A stretch of 54,922 nt of DNA, taken from assembly GCA_038630445.1 (NCBI GenBank), contig JBCBCO010000001.1, positions 1 through 54,922 on the forward strand. Direction: 5' to 3'. Shown here piece by piece: positions 10,090 to 20,248 of this stretch. Under the pieces are notes generated by a model, which worked only from the letters and a program-made list of their open reading frames with translations, did not search any database and was not told the DNA's origin. The DNA comes from Pseudomonadota bacterium (GTDB taxonomy: Bacteria > Pseudomonadota > Alphaproteobacteria > Caulobacterales > Hyphomonadaceae). How positions within the stretch are numbered: the stretch's first letter is position 1; each line of letters begins with the position of its first letter. Position numbers and translations under genes: made by a program.

Positions 10090-11208
10090 TCAGCCGTCTT
10101 CCTGATAGGATAAAATAGTCAACGAAACGAACATGGCACAAAGCGCCGGTGCCCATGCTGCGATGGCGGCTGGAACACCGCCTGATGCGCCGAGACTGTA
10201 GGCAATCTGATTGACGAAAAACAGACCGATCGCTGAGAGCGCACCGATGGCAACCAGTCTCGACGTGCCGCCCAGTCGCGACAGTCGCAAGCAAACGAGC
10301 GCCCCAATCAGCGCCATAGCGACGTAAAGGATCGGAAGCGCTGTCAGACCAAACCAACGCATCGTGAAGCGGGAGGCATCCAGCCCTGCTTTACTGGTTT
10401 GTTCGATAAAACCGGGAAGTCGCCAGAAGTCGATTGTGTTCGGCGAGGTAAATCTTGAGAGAAGCGAATTCGGATCAAGGTCGGTCTCAATCGCGAGGCT
10501 GCCCATGCGCTGCGGATCACCGCTGGCTGTGTTTTCAATGAGATTTGTGAGCTGCCAAAATCCATCGATTATGCGTGCTTCTTCGGCATCAATGCGGCGG
10601 ACAAAGACAAAGTTCTCCGTGCCTTCTGCCCCATTGAAAACGCGACCTTCTTCAAGAAATTTTACATCAGAAAAGACGAGACCGGTCTCATCGACGCGTT
10701 TTGCATAGATCAGGATCTGGCTGTTATCGTCACCTTGCCTCAGCCAGATATTTTCGCGGCTGATGTCGGCTTTCGCGCCACCGTCCTGCAAAAGATTTGC
10801 CCGGCTCGTTTCGAAAGATTGGGAAAGGTTCGCCCCTATCGGATTTAGAGCCATCATCGAAAACAGACCGAGACAGGCGACAAACAGCACAACGGGCGCC
10901 AGGAATTGCCAGGCGGATTGCCCACTCGCCCTTATCACTGAAAGTTCAGAGGTTTTCGAGAGCTGATTATAGGTCATCATCGCGGCGACGAGTATTGCGA
11001 ATGGGAATGTTTGTTCCAAAAGTGACGGCAGCTTCATAATAGCAAGGGTAAGGGCCTGCACAGGTGAAAGATCGATATCTCCGCCAAGCGTACGCAATTG
11101 CTCAACAGTGTCGACAAGCAGAATAGTCAGGATAAAGACGACCAGCACAAGCGCTAAGGCGAGCACATAGCGCAGCAAAATATATCGCTGAATTCTATTC
11201 AGGATCAT
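10090..11208 (-). CDS. lptG: LPS export ABC transporter permease LptG
   Basis: YjgP/Q topology, SELSVIRASGQSAWQ; start MILNRIQRY overlaps the lptF stop. Confidence 0.88.
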   Translation of the reverse strand: MILNRIQRYILLRYVLALALVLVVFILTILLVDTVEQLRTLGGDIDLSPVQALTLAIMKLPSLLEQTFPFAILVAAMMTYNQLSKTSELSVIRASGQSAWQFLAPVVLFVACLGLFSMMALNPIGANLSQSFETSRANLLQDGGAKADISRENIWLRQGDDNSQILIYAKRVDETGLVFSDVKFLEEGRVFNGAEGTENFVFVRRIDAEEARIIDGFWQLTNLIENTASGDPQRMGSLAIETDLDPNSLLSRFTSPNTIDFWRLPGFIEQTSKAGLDASRFTMRWFGLTALPILYVAMALIGALVCLRLSRLGGTSRLVAIGALSAIGLFFVNQIAYSLGASGGVPAAIAAWAPALCAMFVSLTILSYQEDG

Positions 11209-12320
11209 GCCGTGACAACCTTGCGTTTTGAGGTCTTGATTTCCCGACCTCTCCAGAAAATGACATAGGACAGCACGCCAATCGTGATAATCGGCACGCC
11301 CCATTGAGCGATGTTCAAAGCACCATCAGACGCTGCGGCTGATTGTACACTCAACTGTATGATTGTGAGCAAGAGGGACCCCACAGAGGCCCAAATGATC
11401 CTTTGACTGTAGCCTCGTCGAGAGAAGTTTCCTCCTGTGACAGCAAGGATCGCCAACAGCGCCATCGCAATGGAGACAAGCGGTGTTGTGACCCTGAGAT
11501 GCGCTTCTGCGAAAAGGACGTCTCGATCCTGAACGTCCTGATAGTCATTCGGATCAAGGAAAACCAGTTCGGGCAAGTATCGATCTGATGCTTTCAGGAT
11601 CACCGCGCCCCGCTCATTCATGAAGGGTGACAGATCAAAGGTCGACTGTTCGAACTTTAAAACATTCAGAGCGCCATTATCGTCGAGTTGGTGAATTTCG
11701 CCGTCAAACATGACGATACTCGGAACACCATCAACTTCTATGAAGCGTCCACGTTGGGCGAGATAATCGCGGCCGTCCGGCTGGCCTGCGCGTTCAGCAA
11801 TCTGAAGCCCGACAAGTTCAACGCCGCGCTGGTCTCGCGCGAAAACGGTCAAGTTCTCATCGGGCGAGGTGAACTGCCCTGGACGAAACAAAGTTGAGAC
11901 GAGTTCTGTGCGTGCTTCCTGTACCTGGGCGCGCATTTCGCGCTGAGCGGCGGGCTGTACGAACAAGTTTACTGATAGATGCAAAATGGCACCGAGAAGG
12001 GCGAGGCGCAGGACCGGGGATGCAATCTGCCAGCGCGTCATCCCTGCCGCTTCAGCGACGGCAATCTCGCTATCACGATGCAATCGGTTGAGAGACCAGA
12101 TTGTCGATAGGAAGATGGCCATCGGTAGCAGCAGTGCCATGATTTGAGGCGCACCAAGGATCACAACTTTGAAAAACGTAAACGCGCTTTGCCGGTTCTC
12201 AAGGATGATCTCAGTCTGCGAGAGCCCCTGAGCCAAAATCGCCAACAGAACGAGACCCCCGACAATAATCAGGACAGCCCGCATGACCCGGAAGAAAATA
12301 TACTTCTGGATGCTGTTCAT
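11205..12320 (-). CDS. lptF: LPS export ABC transporter permease LptF
   Basis: RLHRDSEIAVAEAAG and PGQF motifs; divergent from pepA, the usual arrangement. Confidence 0.88.
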   Translation of the reverse strand: MNSIQKYIFFRVMRAVLIIVGGLVLLAILAQGLSQTEIILENRQSAFTFFKVVILGAPQIMALLLPMAIFLSTIWSLNRLHRDSEIAVAEAAGMTRWQIASPVLRLALLGAILHLSVNLFVQPAAQREMRAQVQEARTELVSTLFRPGQFTSPDENLTVFARDQRGVELVGLQIAERAGQPDGRDYLAQRGRFIEVDGVPSIVMFDGEIHQLDDNGALNVLKFEQSTFDLSPFMNERGAVILKASDRYLPELVFLDPNDYQDVQDRDVLFAEAHLRVTTPLVSIAMALLAILAVTGGNFSRRGYSQRIIWASVGSLLLTIIQLSVQSAAASDGALNIAQWGVPIITIGVLSYVIFWRGREIKTSKRKVVTA

Positions 12321-12416
12321 GGATTCAAATGACCTGCTTTTTCTAACTTCAAATCTGACTAACCAGTTGCGTCGCCCGCGTCGATGCCTAGTTGTAGCGT
12401 TAAACGGAGTTTATTC

Positions 12417-13883
12417 ATGAAGATTCATTTCGCTGAGACCGCCAGTGCCGATATTCAGGCCTTTATCATTGATGAAGGCGCTAACCTTTCCAAGGCTGCT
12501 GCAGACCTCGACAGCGAGGTCGGTGGCTTGCTGAGCGAAGCGCTGAGTGCAGACAGCTTTACAGGAAAGTCCGGCCAACAGGCTTTCATCGTTCTGCCAA
12601 AAGGGTCGCCCGCGCGACGTGCTGTCTTGCTGGGCGGAGGCAAGGCGGACAAACGTGACGACCGCGCGTTGGAAACGATCGGTGCACAGCTCTACAAAGC
12701 CCAATCCGGCAGTGGCTTCAAAAGCCTCGCTCTCTACGTTGGCACGGCAAAAGAGGCGGCGCGGATCGCGGTTGGAATGCGACTCGCAGCTTACCGTTTC
12801 GATAACTATCGCACCAAACTGAAAGACGAGGACAAGCCAAAGCTTGCCGACATCACGATGGTCCTGAAAGGCGATAAAACTGCCGCTGATCTATTTGCGC
12901 CGCTGAGTGCTGCTGTCGATGGAACCTATATGGCGCGCGACTTGGTGAACATGCCGCCGAACGATCTGAACCCTGAAACTTATGCGGCGAAGATCGAAAC
13001 GCTCAGCGAACTTGGCCTTGAGATTGAAATTCTGGGTGAAGCAGAACTGGGAAAGCTTGGTATGCGCTCCATGCTCGGTGTCGGTCAGGGCAGTGTGAAA
13101 GAGTCCAAGCTTGGCATCATGCGCTGGATGGGGGGGAAGAAAGACGAGGCACCGGTCGCACTCGTCGGTAAAGGCGTCTGCTTTGATACTGGTGGGATTT
13201 CGCTAAAGCCCGGTGCAGGCATGGAAGATATGCGCGGTGATATGGGCGGGTCCGCCGCTGTGGTTGGCGCGATGGTCGCGCTGGCCAAACGTAAAGCCAA
13301 AGCGAACGTCGTTGGTCTCGTTGGTCTGGTTGAGAATATGCCGGACGGGGACTCAATCCGGCCCGGCGACATTATCAAAGCTGCAGATGGCCAGACGATT
13401 GAAATTCAGAACACAGACGCTGAAGGCCGCCTCGTTCTGTGCGATGTTCTTTGGTACACGCAAGAGCACTATAAGCCAAAAGCCATTATCGATCTGGCGA
13501 CGCTGACAGGCGCGATCGTGATTGGTCTGGGTCACCATCATGCCGGCCTGTTCACGAATGATGACGGACTGGCCAGCGCTATGACCGCAGCAGGTTTGGA
13601 AGAAGGTGAGCGCGTCTGGCGTCTGCCGCTTGGACCTGAATATGACAGCCTGCTGAAATCCAAGTTTGCCGATATGCGCAATATTGGCGGGCGGGCTGCC
13701 GGATCGATTACGGCCGCCCAATTCCTGCAGCGCTTCATTCGTGAGGGACAGACCTGGGCGCATTTGGACATTGCCGGTGTGGCCTGGGTGAACGGTGAAA
13801 AAGCGCCGACTGATCCAAGTTGGGCGAGTGGGTTCGGGCCGCGCCTGCTTGATCGCTGGATCGCGGAGAATTATGAGGGGTAG
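12417..13883 (+). CDS. pepA: Leucyl aminopeptidase (M17)
   Basis: VGKGVCFDTGGISLKP, NTDAEGRL, DLATLTGA, HLDIAG; GGAG SD before ATG 12417. Confidence 0.95.
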   Translation: MKIHFAETASADIQAFIIDEGANLSKAAADLDSEVGGLLSEALSADSFTGKSGQQAFIVLPKGSPARRAVLLGGGKADKRDDRALETIGAQLYKAQSGSGFKSLALYVGTAKEAARIAVGMRLAAYRFDNYRTKLKDEDKPKLADITMVLKGDKTAADLFAPLSAAVDGTYMARDLVNMPPNDLNPETYAAKIETLSELGLEIEILGEAELGKLGMRSMLGVGQGSVKESKLGIMRWMGGKKDEAPVALVGKGVCFDTGGISLKPGAGMEDMRGDMGGSAAVVGAMVALAKRKAKANVVGLVGLVENMPDGDSIRPGDIIKAADGQTIEIQNTDAEGRLVLCDVLWYTQEHYKPKAIIDLATLTGAIVIGLGHHHAGLFTNDDGLASAMTAAGLEEGERVWRLPLGPEYDSLLKSKFADMRNIGGRAAGSITAAQFLQRFIREGQTWAHLDIAGVAWVNGEKAPTDPSWASGFGPRLLDRWIAENYEG

Positions 13884-13886
13884 GCC

Positions 13887-14360
13887 TTGAGCGACGCATC
13901 CGGCCCCGAATGGTGGTTTTACCACCTGTCCAGAGCAACGCTTGAGCGGGCTGTTGGTCCGCTCTTAGAAAAGTGTCTGGAGCGGGGCTGGCGGGTACTG
14001 GCGATCAGCGCGGATGCCACCCGGCGCGGAGCCCTGGATGAGGCGCTCTGGACCTATAATGATGAGAGCTTCCTGCCGCACGGCCAGTCTGAAGCGGAGG
14101 GCTTGGATCCGGCTGCGCAACCCATTTTGATTTCAGCGTCTACGGATAATCAGAACCATGCCGCGGTCGCACTCCTCATGGACGGCACCGACCTGCCTGT
14201 CGACGCGCCGTTCACCCGATGCATGGTCATGTTTGACGACGGTGACAGCGTGACCCGTCAGAAAGCACGCGAACAATTCAAAGCGGCGAAAGATGCAGGC
14301 CTATCGGCGCGCTATTTTCAGCAGGGCCCTCGGGGCTGGCAGGAAGCTGGTAAGTCTTAA
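13887..14360 (+). CDS. holC: DNA polymerase III subunit chi
   Basis: FYHL, LDEALWTY..ESFLPH; follows pepA; TTG start. Confidence 0.9.
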   Translation: MSDASGPEWWFYHLSRATLERAVGPLLEKCLERGWRVLAISADATRRGALDEALWTYNDESFLPHGQSEAEGLDPAAQPILISASTDNQNHAAVALLMDGTDLPVDAPFTRCMVMFDDGDSVTRQKAREQFKAAKDAGLSARYFQQGPRGWQEAGKS

Positions 14361-14893
14361 CCGCCATCATCAGGCTTACCGCTTTGATCCGCCCATAGAT
14401 CAAACGTCGTAACTGTCACTTGCCCCAACGCTAAATCGACGTCTGGTACGTCTTCCAGTGTGAAGGGGACCAGGACCGGTTTGCCACCGGCCTTTGGTGC
14501 GACTTCCAACAAATCACCGGCGCCATTATTCAGAACGGCTTTGATCTTGCCCAGTGTTGCACCGTCTTGATCGACAACGTTTAGGCCCAGCAAGTCATCT
14601 ATATAAATCTCATCCTCATCCGCTTCCGGCAGAGCGTCTCTATCAATGCAGAGTTCAACACCTTTCATGGCGTCCCAGTCTTCTTTCTGGCGGCGCTCTT
14701 TTGGGCTAACGATAAAGTTTGCCTTGGCAGATCGAACGGACACTGGTGTAAGGAGCGTTTCACCGCTTTTCCCCAACAAGGGGCCGTAGGCAAAAATGTC
14801 CTCTGGTTCAGCTGTAAAGCTCTTCACACGCACATCGCCACGCACGCCATGCGCGCCAAGAATAACGCCCAAAATGACAAGTTTATCAGCCAT
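14357..14893 (-). CDS. rimM: 16S rRNA processing protein RimM
   Basis: GAHGVRGDVRVKSFT, YIDDLLGL, GAGDLLEV, LVPF; start at MADKLVILG. Confidence 0.93.
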   Translation of the reverse strand: MADKLVILGVILGAHGVRGDVRVKSFTAEPEDIFAYGPLLGKSGETLLTPVSVRSAKANFIVSPKERRQKEDWDAMKGVELCIDRDALPEADEDEIYIDDLLGLNVVDQDGATLGKIKAVLNNGAGDLLEVAPKAGGKPVLVPFTLEDVPDVDLALGQVTVTTFDLWADQSGKPDDGG

Positions 14894-14986
14894 ATTGCTC
14901 CCATAGTGTTGAAATTGCCGACCGCCTACCCTTGGCATCAGGCCGTAGCGTGATTAGGACGCACTCTGATTTACGGAAGGCGAACT

Positions 14987-16201
14987 ATGTCGAGCGATCT
15001 GCCTATTACCATCGAAGATGTCCTTGCGGCCGCAAAAGTCATTGAGGGGCAGATTGAAAACACGCCGATGACGCTGTCGCATACGCTCTCAGAAATTACA
15101 GGCGCTGAGGTCTGGCTGAAGTTCGACAACATTCAGTTCACTGGCTCGTTCAAAGAGCGCGGTGCGTTGAATAAGATTTCCAGCCTTTCAAAAGAAGAAC
15201 AGAACCGCGGCGTCATTGCGGCTTCTGCGGGTAATCATGCACAGGGTCTCGCTTATCATGCGCGAAGACTGGGTATTCCAGCGACGATCGTCATGCCGAT
15301 TACAACGCCGTACAACAAAGTTGAACATACCCGAGCGTTCGGGGCGAGGGTGGTTCTTGAAGGCAATACGTTCGATGAGGCTAATGAGCACGCGCAATTA
15401 TTGCGCCAACGTGAAGGCCTGACATGGATCCACGCCTTTGATGATCCGCTGATCATGGCGGGGCAGGGCACAGCCGCACTGGAGATGCTGGACGCGGTGC
15501 CTGATCTGGAGGCGCTGGTCGTGCCAATCGGTGGGGGCGGCCTGATTTCTGGCATGTCCACTGTCGCCAAAGCGCACAATCCTGACATTAAAGTCGTCGG
15601 TGTTGAGGCTGCCATGTATCCCGGCATGCATGCAGCCCTTTCCGGAGGACCGATGCCAACTGGCGGTGCGTCCATTGCTGAAGGCATTGCAGTAAAGAAT
15701 CCGGGTCAACTCACACGCAAAGTCGTTGACGCGCTCGTCGATGAGATTGTCCTTGTTGAAGAAGATCATATTGAACGCGCGATTACGCTCTACACAGATG
15801 TTGAGAAGACCACGGTTGAGGGCGCTGGCGCTGCAGGTCTCGCAGCCCTTCTTGCACATCCACAAAAGTTCGCGGGGCGAAAAGTCGGGGTCATTATCTG
15901 CGGCGGTAATATCGATATGCGTTTGCTGGCCTCAGTCCTGACACGCTCTCTGGTGCGAGACGGTCGGCTCGTGAATATCCGGATCATCGGTGATGACCGT
16001 CCGGGCTTGCTTGCGCGCGTGTCAAAGCTGATCGGCGATACAGGCGCCAATATCATGGAAGTCGCACACAATCGCATTGCACTGGATGTTCCTGCAAAAG
16101 GCGCCGAATTCGACATTCTGATCGAAACGCGTGACGTACAGCATACGCAAGAAGTCAAAGATGTCCTGACCCAAGCTGGATACCCACCGCGCACAATTTA
16201 G
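14987..16201 (+). CDS. Threonine ammonia-lyase (PLP), C-terminal ACT domain
   Basis: TGSFKERG, ASAGNHAQG, PIGGGGL, CGGNID, DRPG ACT motif. Confidence 0.92.
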   Translation: MSSDLPITIEDVLAAAKVIEGQIENTPMTLSHTLSEITGAEVWLKFDNIQFTGSFKERGALNKISSLSKEEQNRGVIAASAGNHAQGLAYHARRLGIPATIVMPITTPYNKVEHTRAFGARVVLEGNTFDEANEHAQLLRQREGLTWIHAFDDPLIMAGQGTAALEMLDAVPDLEALVVPIGGGGLISGMSTVAKAHNPDIKVVGVEAAMYPGMHAALSGGPMPTGGASIAEGIAVKNPGQLTRKVVDALVDEIVLVEEDHIERAITLYTDVEKTTVEGAGAAGLAALLAHPQKFAGRKVGVIICGGNIDMRLLASVLTRSLVRDGRLVNIRIIGDDRPGLLARVSKLIGDTGANIMEVAHNRIALDVPAKGAEFDILIETRDVQHTQEVKDVLTQAGYPPRTI

Positions 16202-16282
16202 GGATTTGTGACAGTGTAACACTGGCGGCAATGCCATCAGGGCATATAACAACGATAACAGGTTCAAGTACGGGGTAGTCTT

Positions 16283-18733
16283 ATGCGTATTATATTGGCG
16301 GCGATGGGTGCTGCATTGGTGTTTGGAAGTGTGTCCGCGCAAGGCATACAGCAAACCAAAGGCGACTTTGAAGACAAGTTCCGCCAATTGGATGAGGTTC
16401 TGCCGAGCCCGAATGTCTATCGCAATGCCGCCGGTGAGCCGGGACATGAATACTGGCAGCAGCAGGCTGACTATGACATTGAGGTGACCCTTGATGAGGA
16501 GGCGCGCATGCTTGAGGCCAGTCAGGCCGTCACGTACACAAATAATTCGCCTGACACGTTGCGCTATATCTGGCTGCATCTGGATCAGAACCGATATTCC
16601 AAAGACTCGATTGCCGAGATGACGCGGACCTTCTCCGCCAAGCCTCAAGGGTCGGTCAATCAACGCGCCGCCAGCAAGCCGCGCTTGAGCCTGAATACAC
16701 TACGTCGTCAGCAGGCGATGGCCGACAATGACTTTGGCTTTGAGGTAACCCGCGTCGAGACGCCGGACGGCGACACACTCGACACGACGACCGTCGGAAC
16801 ACTCATGCGCATCGATCTGCCAGAGCCTCTCCCGCCAGGCGGAACATTTTCCTACGAGCTCGATTGGGAATATCAGATCATTGAGGAAAACGCGGTTCGC
16901 GCGCGTGCCGGCTATGAGCATTTCCCCGATGATGAGCGCGAAGGCGGAAATGATATCTTCCTGATCGCGCAATGGTTCCCGCGCCTCGTCGTCTATTCAG
17001 ACTATGATGGCTGGCATAACAAGGAATTCCTCGGTAGCGGCGAGTTCGGCCTCGAATTTGGCGACTACAAGGTCGAGATCACCGTGCCGGACGATCACAT
17101 CGTCTCTTCCAGTGGTGTCCTGATGAACCCCCGTGAAATCCTGACAGCAACACAGCGTGCGCGTCTAGAGCGTGCTGAAGATGCGGATCGCCCTGTTTTC
17201 GTCGTCACGCCGGAAGAGGCTCTGGAGAATGAAAGCTCCAACCCATCCGGCACCAAGACATGGGTATTCGAGGCCGAGAATGTTCGTGACTTTGCCTGGG
17301 CTTCCTCGCGTAAGTTCATTTGGGATGCCCAAGGTTACGAACAACCCGGTGCTGAATATGAAACTGTGATGGCGATGTCCTTCTGGCCGAAAGAGGGCGG
17401 TGATCTCTGGAAGAAATATTCAACGCCTTCTGTGATCCACACGATGGATGTCTATTCGCGCATGTCGTTTGACTATCCGTATCCGACCTCTCAGTCGGTC
17501 AACGGTCCTGTCGGTGGCATGGAATATCCAATGATCACGTTTAACGGTCCGCGCACGACGCTGCAGGATGATGGTAGCCGCAGCTACACAATGGCGGAGA
17601 AGGTCTTCCTTGTCGGTGTCATTATTCACGAGATTGGCCACATCTACTTCCCGATGATTGTGAACTCGGACGAGCGCCAATGGACGTGGATGGATGAGGG
17701 GATCAACAGCTTCCTGGACAGTGTCGCAGGCTATGAGTGGGACCCGGATATGCCGTGGACGCGGTCCATTCCGCGTGATCTGGTGCCGTACATGACATCA
17801 TCGAACCAAGTGCCGATCATGACACAATCGGACAGCGTTCTGCAACTTGGGCCGAACGCCTATGGCAAGCCGTCTGCAGCGCTTCATATCCTGCGTGAAA
17901 CCATTCTCGGGCGTGAAAAGTTTGACTATGCTTTCCGCGAATATTCGCGCCGCTGGCGCTTTAAGCGGCCAACGCCGTCTGACTTCTTCCGTACAATGGA
18001 AGAGGCGTCCGGCGTCGATCTGGACTGGTTCTGGCGCGGCTGGTTCTATACAACCGATCATGTCGATATCTCTCTGGACCGTGTCTTCCATCTCGAAATG
18101 GATACCGAAGATCCGGACATTGACTATCAGCGCCTGCGTGACGATCGCGATGCGGAACCGGAGCCGATCGGTGCCCGTCGCAACCGCGAGGAAGGTATGA
18201 AGACCTGGGTAGAGCGTTTTCCTGACATTCGCGACTTCTACGATGACAACGACATCTACACGGTCACGAACAAGGAGCGGAATGCGTATAAGTCCTTCCT
18301 GGATGGATTGGATGATATTGAGCGCCGCGTGTTTGAACGCGCAGTGGCCGAAGACGCAGAATATTATGTCCTAGAATTCTCCAATATTGGTGGCCTCGTC
18401 ATGCCGATTATTCTCGGCCTTGAGTTCGAGGATGGATCGGTTGAGCGGATGTATATCCCTGCCGAAATCTGGCGGCGCAATCCGCACAAGGTCTCGAAGC
18501 TGCTAACCTTCCCGAATGGCAAGGAACTGGTTCAGATCATCGTCGATCCTGAATGGGAAACAGCCGATGCTGACCTGGAGAATAATTACTATCCACGTCG
18601 CATCACGCCATCGCGTGTCGAGGCTTACAAGTACTCACGTCCGTTCTCCTTCTCTCGCCGCGATATCATGCAGGATATTAAGACCGAGCTGAAAACAGAT
18701 GAGGATGAAGAAAGCGAGGGCGACGAAGAGTGA
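16283..18733 (+). CDS. Exported M1 family zinc aminopeptidase
   Basis: Signal peptide, YWQQ, GGMEYP, HEIGH-x18-E (WMDEG), NAYGKP. Confidence 0.9.
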   Translation: MRIILAAMGAALVFGSVSAQGIQQTKGDFEDKFRQLDEVLPSPNVYRNAAGEPGHEYWQQQADYDIEVTLDEEARMLEASQAVTYTNNSPDTLRYIWLHLDQNRYSKDSIAEMTRTFSAKPQGSVNQRAASKPRLSLNTLRRQQAMADNDFGFEVTRVETPDGDTLDTTTVGTLMRIDLPEPLPPGGTFSYELDWEYQIIEENAVRARAGYEHFPDDEREGGNDIFLIAQWFPRLVVYSDYDGWHNKEFLGSGEFGLEFGDYKVEITVPDDHIVSSSGVLMNPREILTATQRARLERAEDADRPVFVVTPEEALENESSNPSGTKTWVFEAENVRDFAWASSRKFIWDAQGYEQPGAEYETVMAMSFWPKEGGDLWKKYSTPSVIHTMDVYSRMSFDYPYPTSQSVNGPVGGMEYPMITFNGPRTTLQDDGSRSYTMAEKVFLVGVIIHEIGHIYFPMIVNSDERQWTWMDEGINSFLDSVAGYEWDPDMPWTRSIPRDLVPYMTSSNQVPIMTQSDSVLQLGPNAYGKPSAALHILRETILGREKFDYAFREYSRRWRFKRPTPSDFFRTMEEASGVDLDWFWRGWFYTTDHVDISLDRVFHLEMDTEDPDIDYQRLRDDRDAEPEPIGARRNREEGMKTWVERFPDIRDFYDDNDIYTVTNKERNAYKSFLDGLDDIERRVFERAVAEDAEYYVLEFSNIGGLVMPIILGLEFEDGSVERMYIPAEIWRRNPHKVSKLLTFPNGKELVQIIVDPEWETADADLENNYYPRRITPSRVEAYKYSRPFSFSRRDIMQDIKTELKTDEDEESEGDEE

Positions 18734-19251
18734 TTCAACTCTCACGTTTCCTCTCCCTGACGCTAATGGCCGCTCTCTTCATGGGGGCGGCCTTTGCGCA
18801 TAAGCAAAAGGCTGCGATCACGGAGGTCAGCTTCAATCTGCGTAGTGGTATGGTTGAGATTGCCCATCGCTTTGACCTTCATGATGCCGAACACGCGATC
18901 GGCGATGTGACGGGCGAACGCCGCGATCTGATCAATGACGAAGAGGCCCAATCGCTCTTTGCAACTTATGCCGCCAGCCATTTTGATTTGGTCCTCAATG
19001 AGGAATTTGCGCAGCTCACTCTCCTCGGCGCTGAAATTGAGGGCGGACACATCTGGATTTATCAGGAAGCACCGGCCCCCCTTTTTGTGACCCGTGTGTC
19101 GCTCAATCAGTCGGCTCTCACCGAGGTGTGGTCTGGCCAGATCAACACCGTCAACGTGCGCACTGGCGATCTGGTTCAAACGGTGGCTTTCTCTTCTGAT
19201 GCTGGTTTGAAGACTGTTTCCTTGCGCCCATCGCTTGTCTGGATGCGATAG
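18730..19251 (+). CDS. Exported protein, DUF6702-like
   Basis: Signal peptide ending AFA-H, HRF..HDAEHA, WIYQE, Q.N.VN; GTGA overlap with the M1 peptidase. Family call from recall. Confidence 0.65.
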   Translation: MIQLSRFLSLTLMAALFMGAAFAHKQKAAITEVSFNLRSGMVEIAHRFDLHDAEHAIGDVTGERRDLINDEEAQSLFATYAASHFDLVLNEEFAQLTLLGAEIEGGHIWIYQEAPAPLFVTRVSLNQSALTEVWSGQINTVNVRTGDLVQTVAFSSDAGLKTVSLRPSLVWMR

Positions 19252-19311
19252 GGTGACAGCGGTTTAGAACCTGCCTACACCCGATCTGATATAAACAGGA
19301 GCCACAGCCCC

Positions 19312-20208
19312 ATGTTGAAACGATTTGCCATTGCCGCAGCGGGTCTTTTTATCGCCGCTTGTGGCGCTCAAGAGGAGCCCGCCCCCGAAATGAATGCTGA
19401 TGATCCCCTCGCGACGCTTATCCCTTGGAACGCTGACGCGGAAAACGTCCAAACCACGGCGAGTGGTCTGCAATATGTTGTCGTTCGTGAAGGACCAGAG
19501 GGCGGAGCAACGCCGGGCGTGCGCGATACAGTCAGCGTGCACTATGATGGTCGCCTGACGGACGGCACACGGTTCGACAGCTCTTATGAGCGAGGCTCAA
19601 CCTCCAGCTTCGGTGTGGGTCAAGTCATTTCCGGTTGGACAGAAGGCCTTCAGCTGATGTCTGAGGGTGATGAGTACGTCTTCTATATCCCGACAGAGCT
19701 TGGCTATGGCCAGAATCCACGCCCGGGCGGCGTGATCAAACCCGGCGACGACCTGATTTTCCGCGTTGAACTAAAGCAGGTCGCGAAAGCTCCTGAACCG
19801 CGTCAGGTCTCGACTGAAGCATGGGACGCTTTCACGCCGTGGGATAGCGATCGCGAGGGCGTGGTCAAAACAGGAAGCGGCCTTGAGTACACGATCATCT
19901 CTAGCGGTGAGGACAGCGACCTGACCCTGAATGAAGGGGATATGGCCGTTCTATATTATGAAGGCCGCCTCGACGCGACAGGTGAAGTCTTTGATAGCGC
20001 TTTCAAGCGGGGTGAAGCCTCCATGTTTCCTGCCGGTGGACTGATCCCCGGCTTTAATGAAGCCCTCTACGCGATGAAGCCCGGTGATCGCTGGCTAGTG
20101 CATATCCCATCAGATCTTGCTTACGGTCCCCGCCAGAACGGGCCAATCCCGGCCAATAGCGATCTGAATTTTGAAATTGAATTGGTGGATGTTGTTCCGG
20201 CACAATAA
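19312..20208 (+). CDS. Lipoprotein with two FKBP-type PPIase domains
   Basis: Lipobox IAAC; VHYDGRL/FDSSY/VISGWTEGL and YYEGRL/FDSAF/LIPGFNEAL. Confidence 0.9.
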   Translation: MLKRFAIAAAGLFIAACGAQEEPAPEMNADDPLATLIPWNADAENVQTTASGLQYVVVREGPEGGATPGVRDTVSVHYDGRLTDGTRFDSSYERGSTSSFGVGQVISGWTEGLQLMSEGDEYVFYIPTELGYGQNPRPGGVIKPGDDLIFRVELKQVAKAPEPRQVSTEAWDAFTPWDSDREGVVKTGSGLEYTIISSGEDSDLTLNEGDMAVLYYEGRLDATGEVFDSAFKRGEASMFPAGGLIPGFNEALYAMKPGDRWLVHIPSDLAYGPRQNGPIPANSDLNFEIELVDVVPAQ

Positions 20209-20248
20209 GGCGTGCTAGTTCGGAAGACGGATTATGGAGTGTGATGTC

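Noticed and set aside
16212-16224. Palindrome CAGTGT-A-ACACTG upstream of the M1 peptidase
   Set aside because: Only 6-bp arms; the overlapping CRP-like TGTGA...TAACA has N5 spacing; no second copy noticed.
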